A stretch of DNA of 64,000 nucleotides from Nemertoderma westbladi (Eukaryota; Animalia; Xenacoelomorpha). A program made the position numbers and the translations under genes. The notes beneath the pieces were generated by a model. That model had not been told where the DNA came from. It saw only the letters and a program-made list of their open reading frames with translations, and made no database searches. Where the stretch lies: assembly GCA_032718475.1 (NCBI GenBank), contig JAUCBJ010007649.1, forward strand, positions 1-64,000. Reading direction: 5' to 3'. This document shows, piece after piece, positions 47,369 through 62,000 of this stretch (position 1 is its first letter; each line of letters starts with the position of its first letter).

Positions 47369-50300
47369 TTTGTAAACGAGGAATACCATTAGTTTGTAAA
47401 CGAGGAATACCATTAGTTTGTAAACGAGGAATACCATTAGTTTGTAAACGAGGCATACCATTAGTTTGCTTTGGATAGGAGTAGCGGCCACCCCAACCCT
47501 CGGGTGTAAACGAGGAATACCATTAGTTTGTAAACGAGGCATACCATTAGTTTGTAAACGAGGAATACCATTAGTTTGTAAACGAGGAATACCATTAGTT
47601 TGTAAACGAGGTATACCATTAGTTTGTAAACGAGGCATACCATTAGTTTGTAAACGAGGCATACCATTAGTTTGTAAACGAGGAATACCATTAGTTTGTA
47701 AACGAGGTATACCATTAGTTTGTAAACGAGGTATACCATTAGTTTGTAAACGAGGAATACCATTAGTTTGTAAACGAGGAATACCATTAGTTTATAAACG
47801 AGGAATACCATTAGTTTGTAAACGAGGTATACCATTAGTTTGTAAACGAGGCATACCATTAGTTTGTAAACGAGGCATACCATTAGTTTGTAAACGAGGA
47901 ATACCATTAGTTTGTAAACGAGGAATACCTTTAGTTTGTAAACGAGGAATACCATTAGTTTGTAAACGAGGAAAACCATTAGTTTGTAAACGAGGAATAC
48001 CATTAGTTTGTAAACGAGGAATACCTTTAGTTTGTAAACGAGGAATACCATTAGTTTATAAACGAGGAATACCATTAGTTTGTAAACGAGGAATACCATT
48101 AGTTTATAAACGAGGAATACCATTAGTTTGTAAACGAGGAATACCATTAGTTTGTAAACGAGGAATACCATTAGTTTGTAAACGAGGCATACCATTAGTT
48201 TGCTTTGGATAGGAGTAGCGCCCACCCCAACCCTCGGGTGTAAACGAGGCATACCATTAGTTTGTAAACGAGGCATACCATTAGTTTGTAAACGAGGCAT
48301 ACCATTAGTTTGCTTTGGATAGGAGTAGCGCCCACCCCTACCCTCGGGTGTAAACGAGGAATACCATTAGTTTGTAAACGAGGCATACCATTAGTTTGCT
48401 TTGGATAGGAGTAGCGCCCACCCCAACCCTCGGGTGTAAACGAGGCATACCATTAGTTTGTAAACGAGGCATACCATTAGTTTGTAAACGAGGAATACCA
48501 TTAGTTTGTAAACGAGGAATACCATTAGTTTGTAAACGAGGAATACCTTTAGTTTGTAAACGAGGAATACCATTAGTTTATAAACGAGGAATACCATTAG
48601 TTTGTAAACGAGGAATACCATTAGTTTGTAAACGAGGCATACCATTAGTTTGCTTTGGATAGGAGTAGCGCCCACCCCAACCCTCGGGTGTAAACGAGGC
48701 ATACCATTAGTTTGTAAACGAGGCATACCATTAGTTTGTAAACGAGGCATACCATTAGTTTGCTTTGGATAGGAGTAGCGCCCACCCCTACCCTCGGGTG
48801 TAAACGAGGAATACCATTAGTTTGTAAACGAGGCATACCATTAGTTTGCTTTGGATAGGAGTAGCGCCCACCCCAACCCTCGGGTGTAAACGAGGCATAC
48901 CATTAGTTTGTAAACGAGGAATACCTTTAGTTTGTAAACGAGGAATACCATTAGTTTGTAAACGAGGAATACCATTAGTTTGTAAACGAGGCATACCTTT
49001 AGTTTGTAAACGAGGAATACCATTAGTTTGTAAACGAGGAATACCATTAGTTTGTAAACGAGGAATACCATTAGTTTGTAAACGAGGCATACCATTAGTT
49101 TGCTTTGGATAGGAGTAGCGCCCACCCCAACCCTCGGGTGTAAACGAGGCATACCATTAGTTTGTAAACGAGGCATACCATTAGTTTGTAAACGAGGCAT
49201 ACCATTAGTTTGCTTTGGATAGGAGTAGCGCCCACCCCTACCCTCGGGTGTAAACGAGGAATACCATTAGTTTGTAAACGAGGCATACCATTAGTTTGCT
49301 TTGGATAGGAGTAGCGCCCACCCCAACCCTCGGGTGTAAACGAGGCATACCATTAGTTTGTAAACGAGGAATACCTTTACTTTGTAAGCGAGGAATACCA
49401 TTAGTTTGTAAACGAGGAATACCTTTAGTTTGTAAACGAGGAATACCATTAGTTTGTAAACGAGGAATACCATTAGTTTGTAAACGAGGAATACCATTAG
49501 TTTGTAAACGAGGCATACCATTAGTTTGCTTTGGATAGGAGTAGCGCCCACCCCAACCCTCGGGTGTAAACGAGGCATACCATTAGTTTGTAAACGAGGC
49601 ATACCATTAGTTTGTAAACGAGGCATACCATTAGTTTGCTTTGGATAGGAGTAGCGCCCACCCCTACCCTCGGGTGTAAACGAGGAATACCATTAGTTTG
49701 TAAACGAGGCATACCATTAGTTTGTAAACGAGGAATACCATTAGTTTGTAAACGAGGAATACCATTAGTTTGTAAACGAGGCATACCATTAGTTTGTAAA
49801 CGAGGAATACCATTAGTTTGTAAACGAGGAATACCATTAGTTTGTAAACGAGGCATACCTTTAGTTTGTAAACGAGGCATACCATTAGTTTGTAAACGAG
49901 GAATACCTTTAGTTTGTAAACGAGGAATACCATTAGTTTGTAAACGAGGAATACCATTAGTTTGTAAACGAGGCATACCATTAGTTTGCTTTGGATAGGA
50001 GTAGCGCCCACCCCAACCCTCGGGTGTAAACGATGCATACCATTAGTTTGTAAACGAGGCATACCATTAGTTTGCTTTGGATAGGAGTAGCGCCCACCCC
50101 TACCCTCGGGTGTAAACGAGGCATACCATTAGTTTGTAAACGAGGAATACCATTAGTTTGTAAACGAGGAATACCATTAGTTTGTAAACGAGGAATACCA
50201 TTAGTTTGTAAACGAGGCATACCATTAGTTTGTAAACGAGGAATACCTTTAGTTTGTAAACGAGGAATACCATTAGTTTGTAAACGAGGAATACCATTAG

Positions 50301-53300
50301 TTTGTAAACGAGGTATACCATTAATTTGTAAGCGAGGAATACCATTAGTTTGTAAACGAGGAATACCATTAGTTTGTAAACGAGGAATACCATTAGTTTG
50401 TAAACGAGGCATACCATTAGTTTGTAAACGAGGCATACCATTAGTTTGTAAACGAGGAATACCTTTAGTTTGTAAACGAGGAATACCATTAGTTTGTAAA
50501 CGAGGAATACCATTAGTTTGTAAACGAGGTATACCATTAGTTTGTAAGCGAGGAATACCATTAGTTTGTAAACGAGGAATACCATTAGTTTGTAAACGAG
50601 GAATACCATTAGTTTGTAAACGAGGCATACCATTAGTTTGCTTTGGATAGGAGTAGCGCCCACCCCTACCCTCGGGTGTAAACGAGGCATACCATTAGTT
50701 TGTAAACGAGGCATACCATTAGTTTGTAAACGAGGAATACCATTAGTTTGTAAACGAGGAATACCTTTAGTTTGTAAACGGGGAATACCATTAGTTTAAA
50801 CGAGGAGTACCATTAGTTTGTAAACGAGGAATACCATTAGTTTGTAAACGAGGCATACCTTTAGTTTATAAACGAGGAATACCATTAGTTTGTAAACGAG
50901 GAATACCATTAGTTTGTAAACGAGGAATACCTTTAGTTTGTAAACGAGGAATACCATTAGTTTATAAACGAGGAATACAATTAGTTTGTAAACGAGGAAT
51001 ACCATTAGTTTGTAAACGAGGAATACCATTAGTTGGTAAACGAGGAATACCATTAGTTTGTAAACGAGGAATACCTTTAGTTTGTAAACGAGGAATACCA
51101 TTAGTTTGTAAACGAGGAATACCATTAGTTTGTAAACGAGGAATACAATTAGTTTGTAAACGAGGAATACCATTAGTTTGTAAACGAGGAATACCATTAG
51201 TTGGTAAACGAGGAATACCATTAGTTTGTAAACGAGGAATACCTTTAGTTTGTAAACGAGGAATACCATTAGTTTGTAAACGAGGAATACCATTAGTTTA
51301 TAAACGAGGAATACAATTAGTTTGTAAACGAGGAATACCATTAGTTTGTAAACGAGGAATACCATTAGTTGGTAAACGAGGAATACCATTAGTTTGTAAA
51401 CGAGGAATACCTTTAGTTTGTAAACGAGGAATACCATTAGTTTGTAAACGAGGAATACCATTAGTTTGTAAACGAGGAATACCTTTAGTTTGTAAACGAG
51501 GAATACCATTAGTTTATAAACGAGGAATACCATTAGTTTGTAAACGAGGAATACCTTTAGTTTGTAAACGAGGAATACCATTAGTTTATAAACGAGGAAT
51601 ACCATTAGTTTGTAAACGAGGCATACCTTTAGTTTGTAAACGAGGAATACCATTAGTTTGTAAACGAGGAATACCATTAGTTTGTAAACGAGGTATACCA
51701 TTAGTTTGTAAGCGAGGAATACCATTAGTTTGTAAACGAGGAATACCATTAGTTTGTAAACGAGGCATACCATTAGTTTGTAAACGAGGAATACCATTAG
51801 TTTGTAAACGAGGCATACCATTAGTTTACTTTGGATAGGAGTAGCGCCCACCCCTACCCTCGGGTGTAAACGAGGCATACCATTAGTTTGTAAACGAGGC
51901 ATACCATTAGTTTGTAAACGAGGAATACCATTAGTTTATAAACGAGGAATACCATTAGTTTATAAACGAGGAATACCATTAGTTGGTAAACGAGGAATAC
52001 CATTTAGTTTGTAAACGAGGCATACCTTTAGTTTGTAAGCGAGGAATACCATTAGTTTGTAAACGAGGAATACCATTAGTTTGTAAACGAGGCATACCAT
52101 TAGTTTGTAAACGAGGCATACCATTAGTTTGTAAACGAGGAATACCATTAGTTTGTAAACGAGGCATACCATTAGTTTGTAAACGAGGAATACCATTAGT
52201 TTGTAAGCGAGGAATACCATTAGTTTGTAAACGAGGAATACCATTAGTTTGTAAACGAGGAATGCCATTAGTTTGTAAACGAGGAATACCTTTAGTTTGT
52301 AAACGAGGAATACCATTAGTTTATAAACGAGGAATACCATTAGTTTATAAACGAGGAATACCATTTAGTTTGTAAACGAGGCATACCTTTAGTTTGTAAA
52401 CGATGAATACCATTAGTTTGTAAACGAGGAATACCATTAGTTTGTAAACGAGGTATACCATTAGTTTGTAAGCGAGGAATACCATTAGTTTGTAAACGAG
52501 GAATACCATTAGTTTGTAAGCGAGGAATACCATTAGTTTGTAAACGAGGAATACCATTAGTTTGTAAACGAGGTATACCATTAGTTTGTAAACGAGGAAT
52601 ACCTTTAGTTTGTAAACGAGGAATACCATTAGTTTATAAACGAGGAATACCATTAGTTTATAAACGAGGAATACCATTTAGTTTGTAAACGAGGCATACC
52701 TTTAGTTTGTAAACGCTGAATACCATTAGTTTGTAAACGAGGCATACCATTAGTTTGTAAACGAGGCATACCTTTAGTTTGTAAACGAGGAATACCATTA
52801 GTTTGTAAACGAGGAATACCATTAGTTTGTAAACGAGGCATACCATTAGTTTGTAAACGAGGAATACCTTTAGTTTGTAAACGAGGAATACCATTAGTTT
52901 GTAAACGAGGAATACCATTAGTTTGTAAACGAGGCATACCATTAGTTTGCTTTGGAAAGGAGTAGCGCCCACCCCAACCCTCGGGTGTAAACGATGCATA
53001 CCATTAGTTTGTAAACGAGGCATACCATTAGTTTGCTTTGGATAGGAGTAGCGCCCACCCCTACCCTCGGGTGTAAACGATGCATACCATTAGTTTGTAA
53101 ACGAGGCATACAATTAGTTTGCTTTGGATAGGAGTAGCGCCCACCCCTACCCTCGGGTGTAAACGAGGCATACCATTAGTTTGTAAACGAGGAATACCAT
53201 TAGTTTGTAAACGAGGCATACCATTAGTTTGCTTTGGATAGGAGTAGCGCCCACCCCTACCCTCGGGTGTAAACGAGGCATACCATTAGTTTGTAAACGA

Positions 53301-56017
53301 GGCATACCATTAGTTTGCTTTGGATAGGAGTAGCGCCCACCCCTACCCTCGGGTGTAAACGATGCATACCATTAGTTTGTAAACGAGGCATACCATTAGT
53401 TTGCTTTGGATAGGAGTAGCGCCCACCCCTACCCTCGGGTGTAAACGAGGCATACCATTAGTTTGTAAACGAGGAATACCATTAGTTTGTAAACGAGGCA
53501 TACCATTAGTTTGCTTTGGATAGGAGTAGCGCCCACCCCTACCCTCGGGTGTAAACGAGGCATACCATTAGTTTGTAAACGAGGCATACCATTAGTTTGC
53601 TTTGGATAGGAGTAGCGCCCACCCCAACCCTCGGGTGTAAACGAGGCATACCATTAGTTTGTAAACGAGGAATACCATTAGTTTGTAAACGAGGCATCCC
53701 ATTAGTTTGCTTTGGATAGGAGTAGCGCCCACCCCTACCCTCGGGTGTAAACGAGGCATACCATTAGTTTGTAAACGAGGCATACCATTAGTTTGCTTTG
53801 GATAGGAGTAGCGCCCACCCCTGCCCTCGGGTGTAAACGAGGCATACCATTAGTTTGTAAACGAGGCATACCATTAGTTTGCTTTGGATAGGAGTAGCGC
53901 CCACCCCAACCCTCGGGTGTAAACGAGGCATACCATTAGTTTGTAAACGAGGAATACCATTAGTTTGTAAACGAGGCATACCATTAGTTTGCTTTGGACA
54001 GGAGTAGCGCCCACCCCTACCCTCGGGTGTAAACGAGGCATACCATTAGTTTGTAAACGAGGCATACCGTTAGTTTGCTTTGGATAGGAGTAGCGCCCAC
54101 CCCTGCCCTCGGGTGTAAACGAGGCATACCATTAGTTTGTAAACGAGGCATACCATTAGTTTGTAAACGAGGCATACCATTAGTTTGCTTTGGATAGGAG
54201 TAGCGCCCACCCCTACCCTGGGTTGTAAACGAGGCATACCATTAGTTTGTAAACGAGGCATACCATTAGTTTGCTTTGGATAGGAGTAGCGCCCACCCCT
54301 GCCCTCGGGTGTAAACGAGGCATACCATTAGTTTGTAAACGAGGCATACCATTAGTTTGTAAACGAGGCATACCATTAGTTTGCTTCGGATAGGAGTAGC
54401 GCCCACCCCTACCCTCGGGTGTAAACGAGGCATACCATTAGTTTGTAAACGAGGCATACCATTAGTTTGTAAACGAGGCATACCATTAGTTTGTAAACGA
54501 GGCATACCATTAGTTTGTAAACGAGGCATACCATTAGTTTGTAAACGAGGCATACCATTAGTTTGCTTTGGATAGGAGTAGCGCCCACCCCTACCCTGGG
54601 TTGTAAACGAGGCATACCATTAGTTTGTAAACGAGGCATACCATTAGTTTGCTTTGGATAGGAGTAGCGCCCACCCCTACCCTCGGGTGTAAACGAGGCA
54701 TACCATTAGTTTGAAAACGAGGCATACCATTAGTTTGTAAACGAGGCATACCATTAGTTTGCTTTGGATAGGAGTAGCGCACACCCCTACCCTCGGGTGT
54801 AAAAGAGGCATACCATTAGTTTGTAAACGAGGCATACCATTAGTTTGCTTTGGATAGGAGTAGCGCCCACCCCAACCCTCGGGTGTAAACGAGGCATACC
54901 ATTAGTTTGTAAACGAGGAATACCATTAGTTTGTAAACGAGGCATACCATTAGTTTGCTTTGGATAGGAGTAGCGCCCACCCCTACCCTCGGGTGTAAAC
55001 GAGGCATACCATTAGTTTGTAAACGAGGCATACCATTAGTTTGCTTTGGATAGGAGTAGCGCCCACCCCTGCCCTCGGGTGTAAACGAGGCATACCATTA
55101 GTTTGTAAACGAGGCATACCATTAGTTTGTAAACGAGGCATACCATTAGTTTGTAAACGAGGCATACCATTAGTTTGCTTTGGATAGGAGTAGCGCCCAC
55201 CCCTACCCTCGGGTGTAAACGAGGAATACCATTAGTTTGAAAACGAGGCATACCATTAGTTTGTAAACGAGGCATACCATTAGTTTGCTTTGGATAGGAG
55301 TAGCGCACACCCCTACACTCGGGTGTAAACGATGCATACCATTAGTTTTCTTTGGATAGGAGTAGCGCCCACCCCTACACTCGGGTGTAAACGATGCATA
55401 CCATTAGTTTGCTTTGGATAGGAGTAGCGCCCACCCCTACCCTCGGGTGTAAACTATCATACCATTAGTTTGCTTTGGATAGGAGTAGCGCCCACCCCTA
55501 CACTCGGGTGTAAACGATGCATACCATTAGTTTGCTTTGGATAGGAGTAGCGCCCACCCCTACCCTCGGGTGTAAACGATCATACCATTAGTTTGCTTTG
55601 GATAGGAGTAGCGCCCACCCCTACACTCGGGTGTAAACGAGGCATACCATTAGTTTGCTTTGGATAGGAGTAGCGCCCACCCCTACCCTCGGGTGTAAAC
55701 TATCATACCATTAGTTTACTTTGATTGGAGTAGCGCCCACCCCTACCCTCGGGTGTAAACGAGGCATACCATTAGTTTACTTTGGATAGGAGTAGCGCCC
55801 ACCCCTACCATCGGGTGTAAACGAGGTATACCATTAGTTTGCTTTGGATAGGAGTAGCGCCCACCCCTACCCTCGGGTGTAAACAGGGCATTCCATTAGT
55901 TTGCTTTGGATAGGAGTAGCGCCCACCCCTACCCTCGGGTGTAAACTATCATACCATTAGTTTACTTTGGATTGGAGTAGCGCCCACCCCTACCCTCGGG
56001 TGTAAACGAGGCATACC
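47369..56017. repeat. 8.6-kb composite satellite of 24-bp and 62-bp units
   Basis: 24-mer TTTGTAAACGAGG(A/C)ATACCATTAG interspersed with a 62-mer carrying the extra 38 bp CTTTGGATAGGAGTAGCGCCCACCCCTACCCTCGGGTG. Confidence 0.97.
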
Positions 56018-59000
56018 TGTAAAAGCCTTTGCTGAATTGCCCCGTTATTTTTATTATCTTTTACATTAAAATACTCTGTAGTTGATTTAATAAGTGTAAG
56101 AGACCGTATTATTACTGTATCGGTGTTTTTTAGAGGATCTAAGAGCTATTTCCTCCGTATGTGTACTGTGAAAGGCATAGTTGATGATTCTATGGCAATT
56201 CCATGACGCAAAGGGTGATAGCTACTCTTGAACAGTAGTTACTATGACTACGGTTAACAGCTGATATTCATACGTGTTGATTTTCTTTGTTCTACGGCGT
56301 CTCTCAGTTCAGTCAGCCAATCAGAGCATTTTTATGGCTCTTGTAGAGAAATTTCCTAGAAATCACGTAATGCTTTATGTGCAGTGTTTACATTCAGTCC
56401 TGAGCCAGGAGAGAACGGCTTGGAAATATTTTGTGCCTTTCTGTTTTTAGCTTAACACTAGTAGGCTTAATTATAAGGACATATATCCGTTATCACACAC
56501 TGAATCACTGTGCAACTCAACTAAACAAACCAAATCTGCATGTACCATACACTGTGCATACTTTATATTGTTATACTGCTATTTACTGTCGGTCCTTCAT
56601 AATATGGTTGATGAATTATTATATTTGGAATAACGATAAATAACCCCGAAACTCAATATTCTTGATATACCGAAGGTAAGAGAGAAAGGTTATATATAAC
56701 GATTGTGACTTATGTTAAGGTGGTTTGAAGTGAATCTAATGTTATTTGATAGACCCTACATGAGTCGGTCCGTGTTCCTTTTATATGTGACTAAAATCAG
56801 TGAAGATCGGCAGATTAGTGTGCAGTATTGTGCAGCATTGTGTATGAGTGAGACTGATAACGAAGCATTTCCTAAAGAATGCGCCATATATGTGAATTAT
56901 AACTAAGCCATATCGTTGTGAGTAGTTTAAGTCATAACTCTGTTTATATAGATAGAGCGCCACGTCCTAAAGGAACTGTTAATATTCCCCGAAGGTGAAT
57001 AATATTGTCAGAGATTATATAATACTGTCAGTCGAATAATACATTAGGCTTACCTAGCAATAAGATTAAGCCGTCGAACCCAATCTCCCGGGTATATCCA
57101 GCGGGTGAATGATCGCGCACAGATTGGTTTCGACTAGTGTAGTGAATCAAATACTTGTCATAGGCTAAAAGTGATTTATTATCTAAAAGACATCCTAATT
57201 TGGCGGGTTAAACTGCCAAAGGTCTGAAAGCGCGAACAATAACGGATATAGCTTCTGTATTGCAGTGTAGGCATTAAATACAGTTTAATATTGTTCTGGT
57301 AAGAACAATAACGGATATAGCTTCTTTATTGCAGTAAGCAATAAAGTTGAAAGTACCGGTCAACCGGTAAACCTGAACGGTACATCTGTAGGTCAGTAGG
57401 CCCAACTGCCAGAACCGGTACTGCTGTAGGCCCGTAGGTCCAACTGCCAGAACCGGTACTTCTGTAAGTCCGTAGGCCCAACTGTCCTAACCGGTACTTC
57501 CCGTATAAGTACATTAGTATTATTCGATTTGATTGTTGTATACCGGTAGGCTGTTTAAGAGATTAGGGACTGTACACCCCTTGTTTCTTTTAGAGCTTAC
57601 TTATTTCTGTCAGTTTTATTTGTTTGTAGGCTAGTATTGAACAGAAGGAGTGTAAGCCTGATCAGATTGTACAGACAATTTGTAGGCTGGGCTGTTGTCT
57701 GATTGCTGTTAAGTCCGAACGGATTGCAGTGTGTGTAGATCACCTGTCCGATAAAGAACGGTTAGGAAGTAGGGGCAGCAAATGCTGTAAGGTAAACCCC
57801 CAACTAAAGAATAAGTCGTACTACTGGGTTAGAACGCATACTACCTAATCATTTCGGAGTCTGCATGTCCTGTAGTTTATTTAGGCTTGAGAGTAGTCTG
57901 CCATCGTTTGGTCTGTACTTTGTTTGTTTAAGTCTGTACGGGTAGCATATAATATTTATTTAGATAATTTGTAGGCTGGATAGTTGTCTGGCTGTTATTA
58001 GGTCTGAACGGATTGCAGTGTATGTAGATCACCTGTCCGATAAAGAACGGTTAGGAAGTAGGGGCAGCCAATGCTGTAAGGTAAACCCCCAACTAAAGAA
58101 TAAGTCGTACTACTGGGTTAGAACGCATACTACCTAATCATTTCGGAGTCTGCATGTCCTGTAGTTTATTTAGGCTTGATAGTAGTCTGTCAGTGTTTGG
58201 TCTGCATTTTGTTTGAGTGGTTTGTACGCGTAGCGTAATATTTATTATTCAGAGTTTATGCGATTATTCGCAACATTCATTCCCCAAGTTTGTTCCTACA
58301 ATAATTGTGTTTGTTATACATACCGCTATAGTTAAATTAACCCCGGTACTACACGGGCTGCTTGGCGTAGGTAAAGACTGGTGATTTTGTGCACCGGTCA
58401 CTCCAGCAGATGCCGTGGTTCTTTTAACTGTTCAAGTATATTTAACTACTGATTATATGTTGTACAAGTACTCGTACCTAATTTAGGGTTTAGTGTACAG
58501 TGCTTTCCGAAAGTAATTAGCGTAGACATTATATTTGTGTTGTAAAGTGGTTGATAGGCACGTTCGATTAGCTCTATTAACTTCTAGGTAGGAACACTCC
58601 GTGATACATAACGTAGTACCTATAGCGATAAGGCTATAGGTCGACAGGCGGTGGTATTTTCCTATCTGGACAACGCAGTGTATTTACTACTACGTATTAT
58701 TTTCAAATACGGCAGTACCCTGTCCGTTGTAATAACCAGAATTCTAACCCTTTGTTAGGCTGGTTTGTAGACTTCTTGTAAAATTACCCTGAAAATTCGT
58801 ATTTTGTGTTTTTTGTAAATTTTTGTGTTTATTTAGAGATTGTAATCTCACCCGAATTGTACGTAATTTGTAGTATTTAGTAACTTAGGTAAATTAGTAT
58901 TATTTGTTTTAGTGTCCTATAAGTAACACTTCACTGAAAGCGCACCGCTTTGTGTAGTGATTACTCCCCAGAAATAATAACATTTATTTCAAACATTGAC

Positions 59001-62000
59001 AAAACCCATTAAAACGGGTATATATATATATTATAAATCAAATCTAACGATTTATAAATAGTAGGCCTGCCATACAACCATTAGGTCTCAATATCAGTTG
59101 GATTACTGCTCAAATAACGGTAATAAAGTAAGTAAAGTAACCAAGTAACCCTAAAATTCAGAAATTCAATTATTTAAAATAATTGATATACCGGTATTTA
59201 CGATAGGCCTATTATCTTTATTTCTATAAATTTAGGCTGAAACTATACCGGTACTTTATAATTAATTCTAGTCCAGAATTATAATTATATATACTATAAA
59301 ACTGTAAGCTGTATACCGGTATTCCCGATAGGCCTATTATATATTTATATATATTTGTGCTAAAATTATACCGGTATTCTGTGATAAACCTAGTCTGTGA
59401 TAATAGTTATATATACTATAAGCATACCGGTATTCTAATATATTATATATATCACGCTACACTGAGTAGCAGTACCGGTAATTAATTACTAGGCTAGCAG
59501 TTAATACTGAGTTACTAGACTTGCTCAGACTGTAATACAGCAGTAGACATTCAACTGTACACATAAACATGTCTGATACTAAGCAGAACCTGTCAGACAG
59601 TTTATTAGATGTAACTATCTGCGACTCAGATAGAGGCGTAGAACCGTCTAGTCGTAAGTTCAGTTCACCTCCCACTGTGAGGAAGGTCATCCCTCCAGTA
59701 GTAATAAAAGAACCTAGGCTGGTCCAACATCGTAGGTCTATCATAGGCACTCGAGCTCAGGTCAAGCGGGACCAAGAAGCAGCGGAACAGCAACAACCCG
59801 CGAGCCAAGAACTTACTTCTCAACGGCCCAACAGCTCCAGTAGTGAGGATACTGTAGAACTGACACCAGAACGCGGAGCAAAGATGATGGATGCGGTTTA
59901 TTCGGATCCCCTTCTCATCCTTCCTGCAGCCGTACTCACTAGGTTATTGATTGCAGTGGAAGAACACCAGATCGATTGGGCGAGAAGTCAACGATAAACT
60001 AAAGATAATTATGCGGGATACACGAGTGAAGAACTGAAGTCTATTGTCGAGTCGCAATGGAACTTCCCCGGACCCGGACTCCCGTTTGATTTATCAGAAG
60101 CTGCCTGGGAAGACATACACCGGATGGGAGTAGCCAAGGAAACCATCGATCCAGCTGTGTGGAAGAGGTCTGCAGCCGGATACGCACAGGGATTCTTCAG
60201 CTCTATGGAGCGAGTAAAAGAACAACTGTTCCAACAACCTCAAGGACCTCAAGAGCAGAGACAACTGCTTTATCAAGTTAGAGAAAGAATTCTGCGAATC
60301 AGGCTAATCTTATCAGCCTTTGAGGAGGCTTCTAAACGAAGACAAGACACGTCGTTGCAAGTTGCCGTAAAGACTTGGTTTCAACGGGTGAGTCGCCAGG
60401 TTCAAGGAACAGCTCAGTGGAAAGCTCAGCTGGAGGAGCGCTCAACCCATGGAGAATCAACAGACGCTACTTTTTCCCAAGTGGAAAGTGAAGCGATGGC
60501 AGAGAAACCGCATAAGAGGGATGCCATTGACATCTATCTGTCAGACTATCAACGTTTTTTAGGTGATGACGAGTTGAGGAGAAGGTTAGAGGGACTTAGC
60601 CCTAATAGTGAAGGAACCAAGCTTGTGTTGGATGCCATCGATGTGGAAATGAGGGCTGCGAACCAGGCTAAATTTGATGAACAACTCCGCATCACACGAG
60701 TCCAGGAGGAGCAAGTAAAGAAAAAACGTATAGAAGACAGAAAGAAAGCAGCAGTGGTAGCTGCAGAAGCAGAAAGAAAAGCGGCAGCGGCAGAGGCAGC
60801 GGCAGAGGCAAAGGCGGCAGAGGCAGCGGCAGAAGCAAAAGCGGCCGAAGCTGAAAGAAAGGCGGCAGAGGCAGTGGCAGAAGCAGAACGGAGAGCGACT
60901 GAAGAAACCACCCAATTAGAATTGGAAAACATTCAGGAGAATCAAGACTGCATAAATAAACAGTTAACAGCTAGTAATATGCAGATGATGAATCGATCTA
61001 CATATATATATGGATATGGATATACATCATCTGAGGAAGGCGATACCACCGATACTGAAGGCAAGGGAAATAGATCTCGTCTAAGTAGACGTAAAAGAAC
61101 ATTCCACCGTCAGAAATTGCCTGATTTGCCTCCAGCTGTTAGAAGGCAACTAAATAACACCAACTTAGGTAGTACAGAGCCCACAGACCAAATAATTAAA
61201 ATAGAAAGACTCCCTACTATAGTAGATGAGCCTGAAATAATTAGGCCTGTTTTTGAAATCACCCCTTCGGTGATAGATACACCTGTGCTCCCTGAAGCTA
61301 CCTCTAAATTCCCTCTGCATAGCACTAAGCTACCTGTGCCCAGTAGAACTGCCCAGGAGACAGTTCAGGTCCTGGACCCCGAGCGAAATATTCATGATTT
61401 GTCGCCCATTGTCCCTCGTCCGCCCGCTACAACGTTGGCGACTCCCGCTTCGGCGGTCGAATGGGTGGACGAGAGACGGCGGGGGATGGATCTCCTGCTC
61501 GGGCAGATGCAGGAGACTGTTCAGCAATTCAAGGGCACAGTAAGGGAAAGTAGGCTAGAGTTGCAAGAAGTGCAGCAAAGTATCGCGCTAGAACGCGATA
61601 AATTAGTAAATACTCAAAGGGGTATACCACCACCCTCGGTAACAATGTGTCAACCTGTTAGGTCTGAAGTATCTCATGCGCAAGGTGTGGAGCCTACACG
61701 CATATATACCGCTAGCGAAGTAGAAACTCCTATAGTGAACCCTATTAAGGGTAATTATAGACCTGTTGATAATGACATTCCCTATAGACCTGATCATAAT
61801 CCGAGAAATTTATATACCGATAACTCGATATTAAATAACACGATGGCCCAAGAAAGTTTTACGCGTCAAATGGCTAGAACCGAAGCCCGGCAAGCGGTAA
61901 AGGTGGGAGAGATCGTCAAGTTCAATGGAGATGAGATGAAATGGTTACCTTTTAATGAATATTACAAAGATAACATACAGAACTCTGTACTATCTAATGG

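Noticed and set aside
47285-55308. Dozens of ORFs (PRLQTNG, LVYKLMV, CKRGIPLV) and an HDV-like ribozyme in the 62-mer
   Set aside because: ORFs are satellite translations; the nested double pseudoknot could not be built.
57100-57220. Primer-binding site and 5' LTR end of the second BEL element
   Set aside because: Candidate TGG sites (57125, 57201) could not be matched to a tRNA 3' end by eye.
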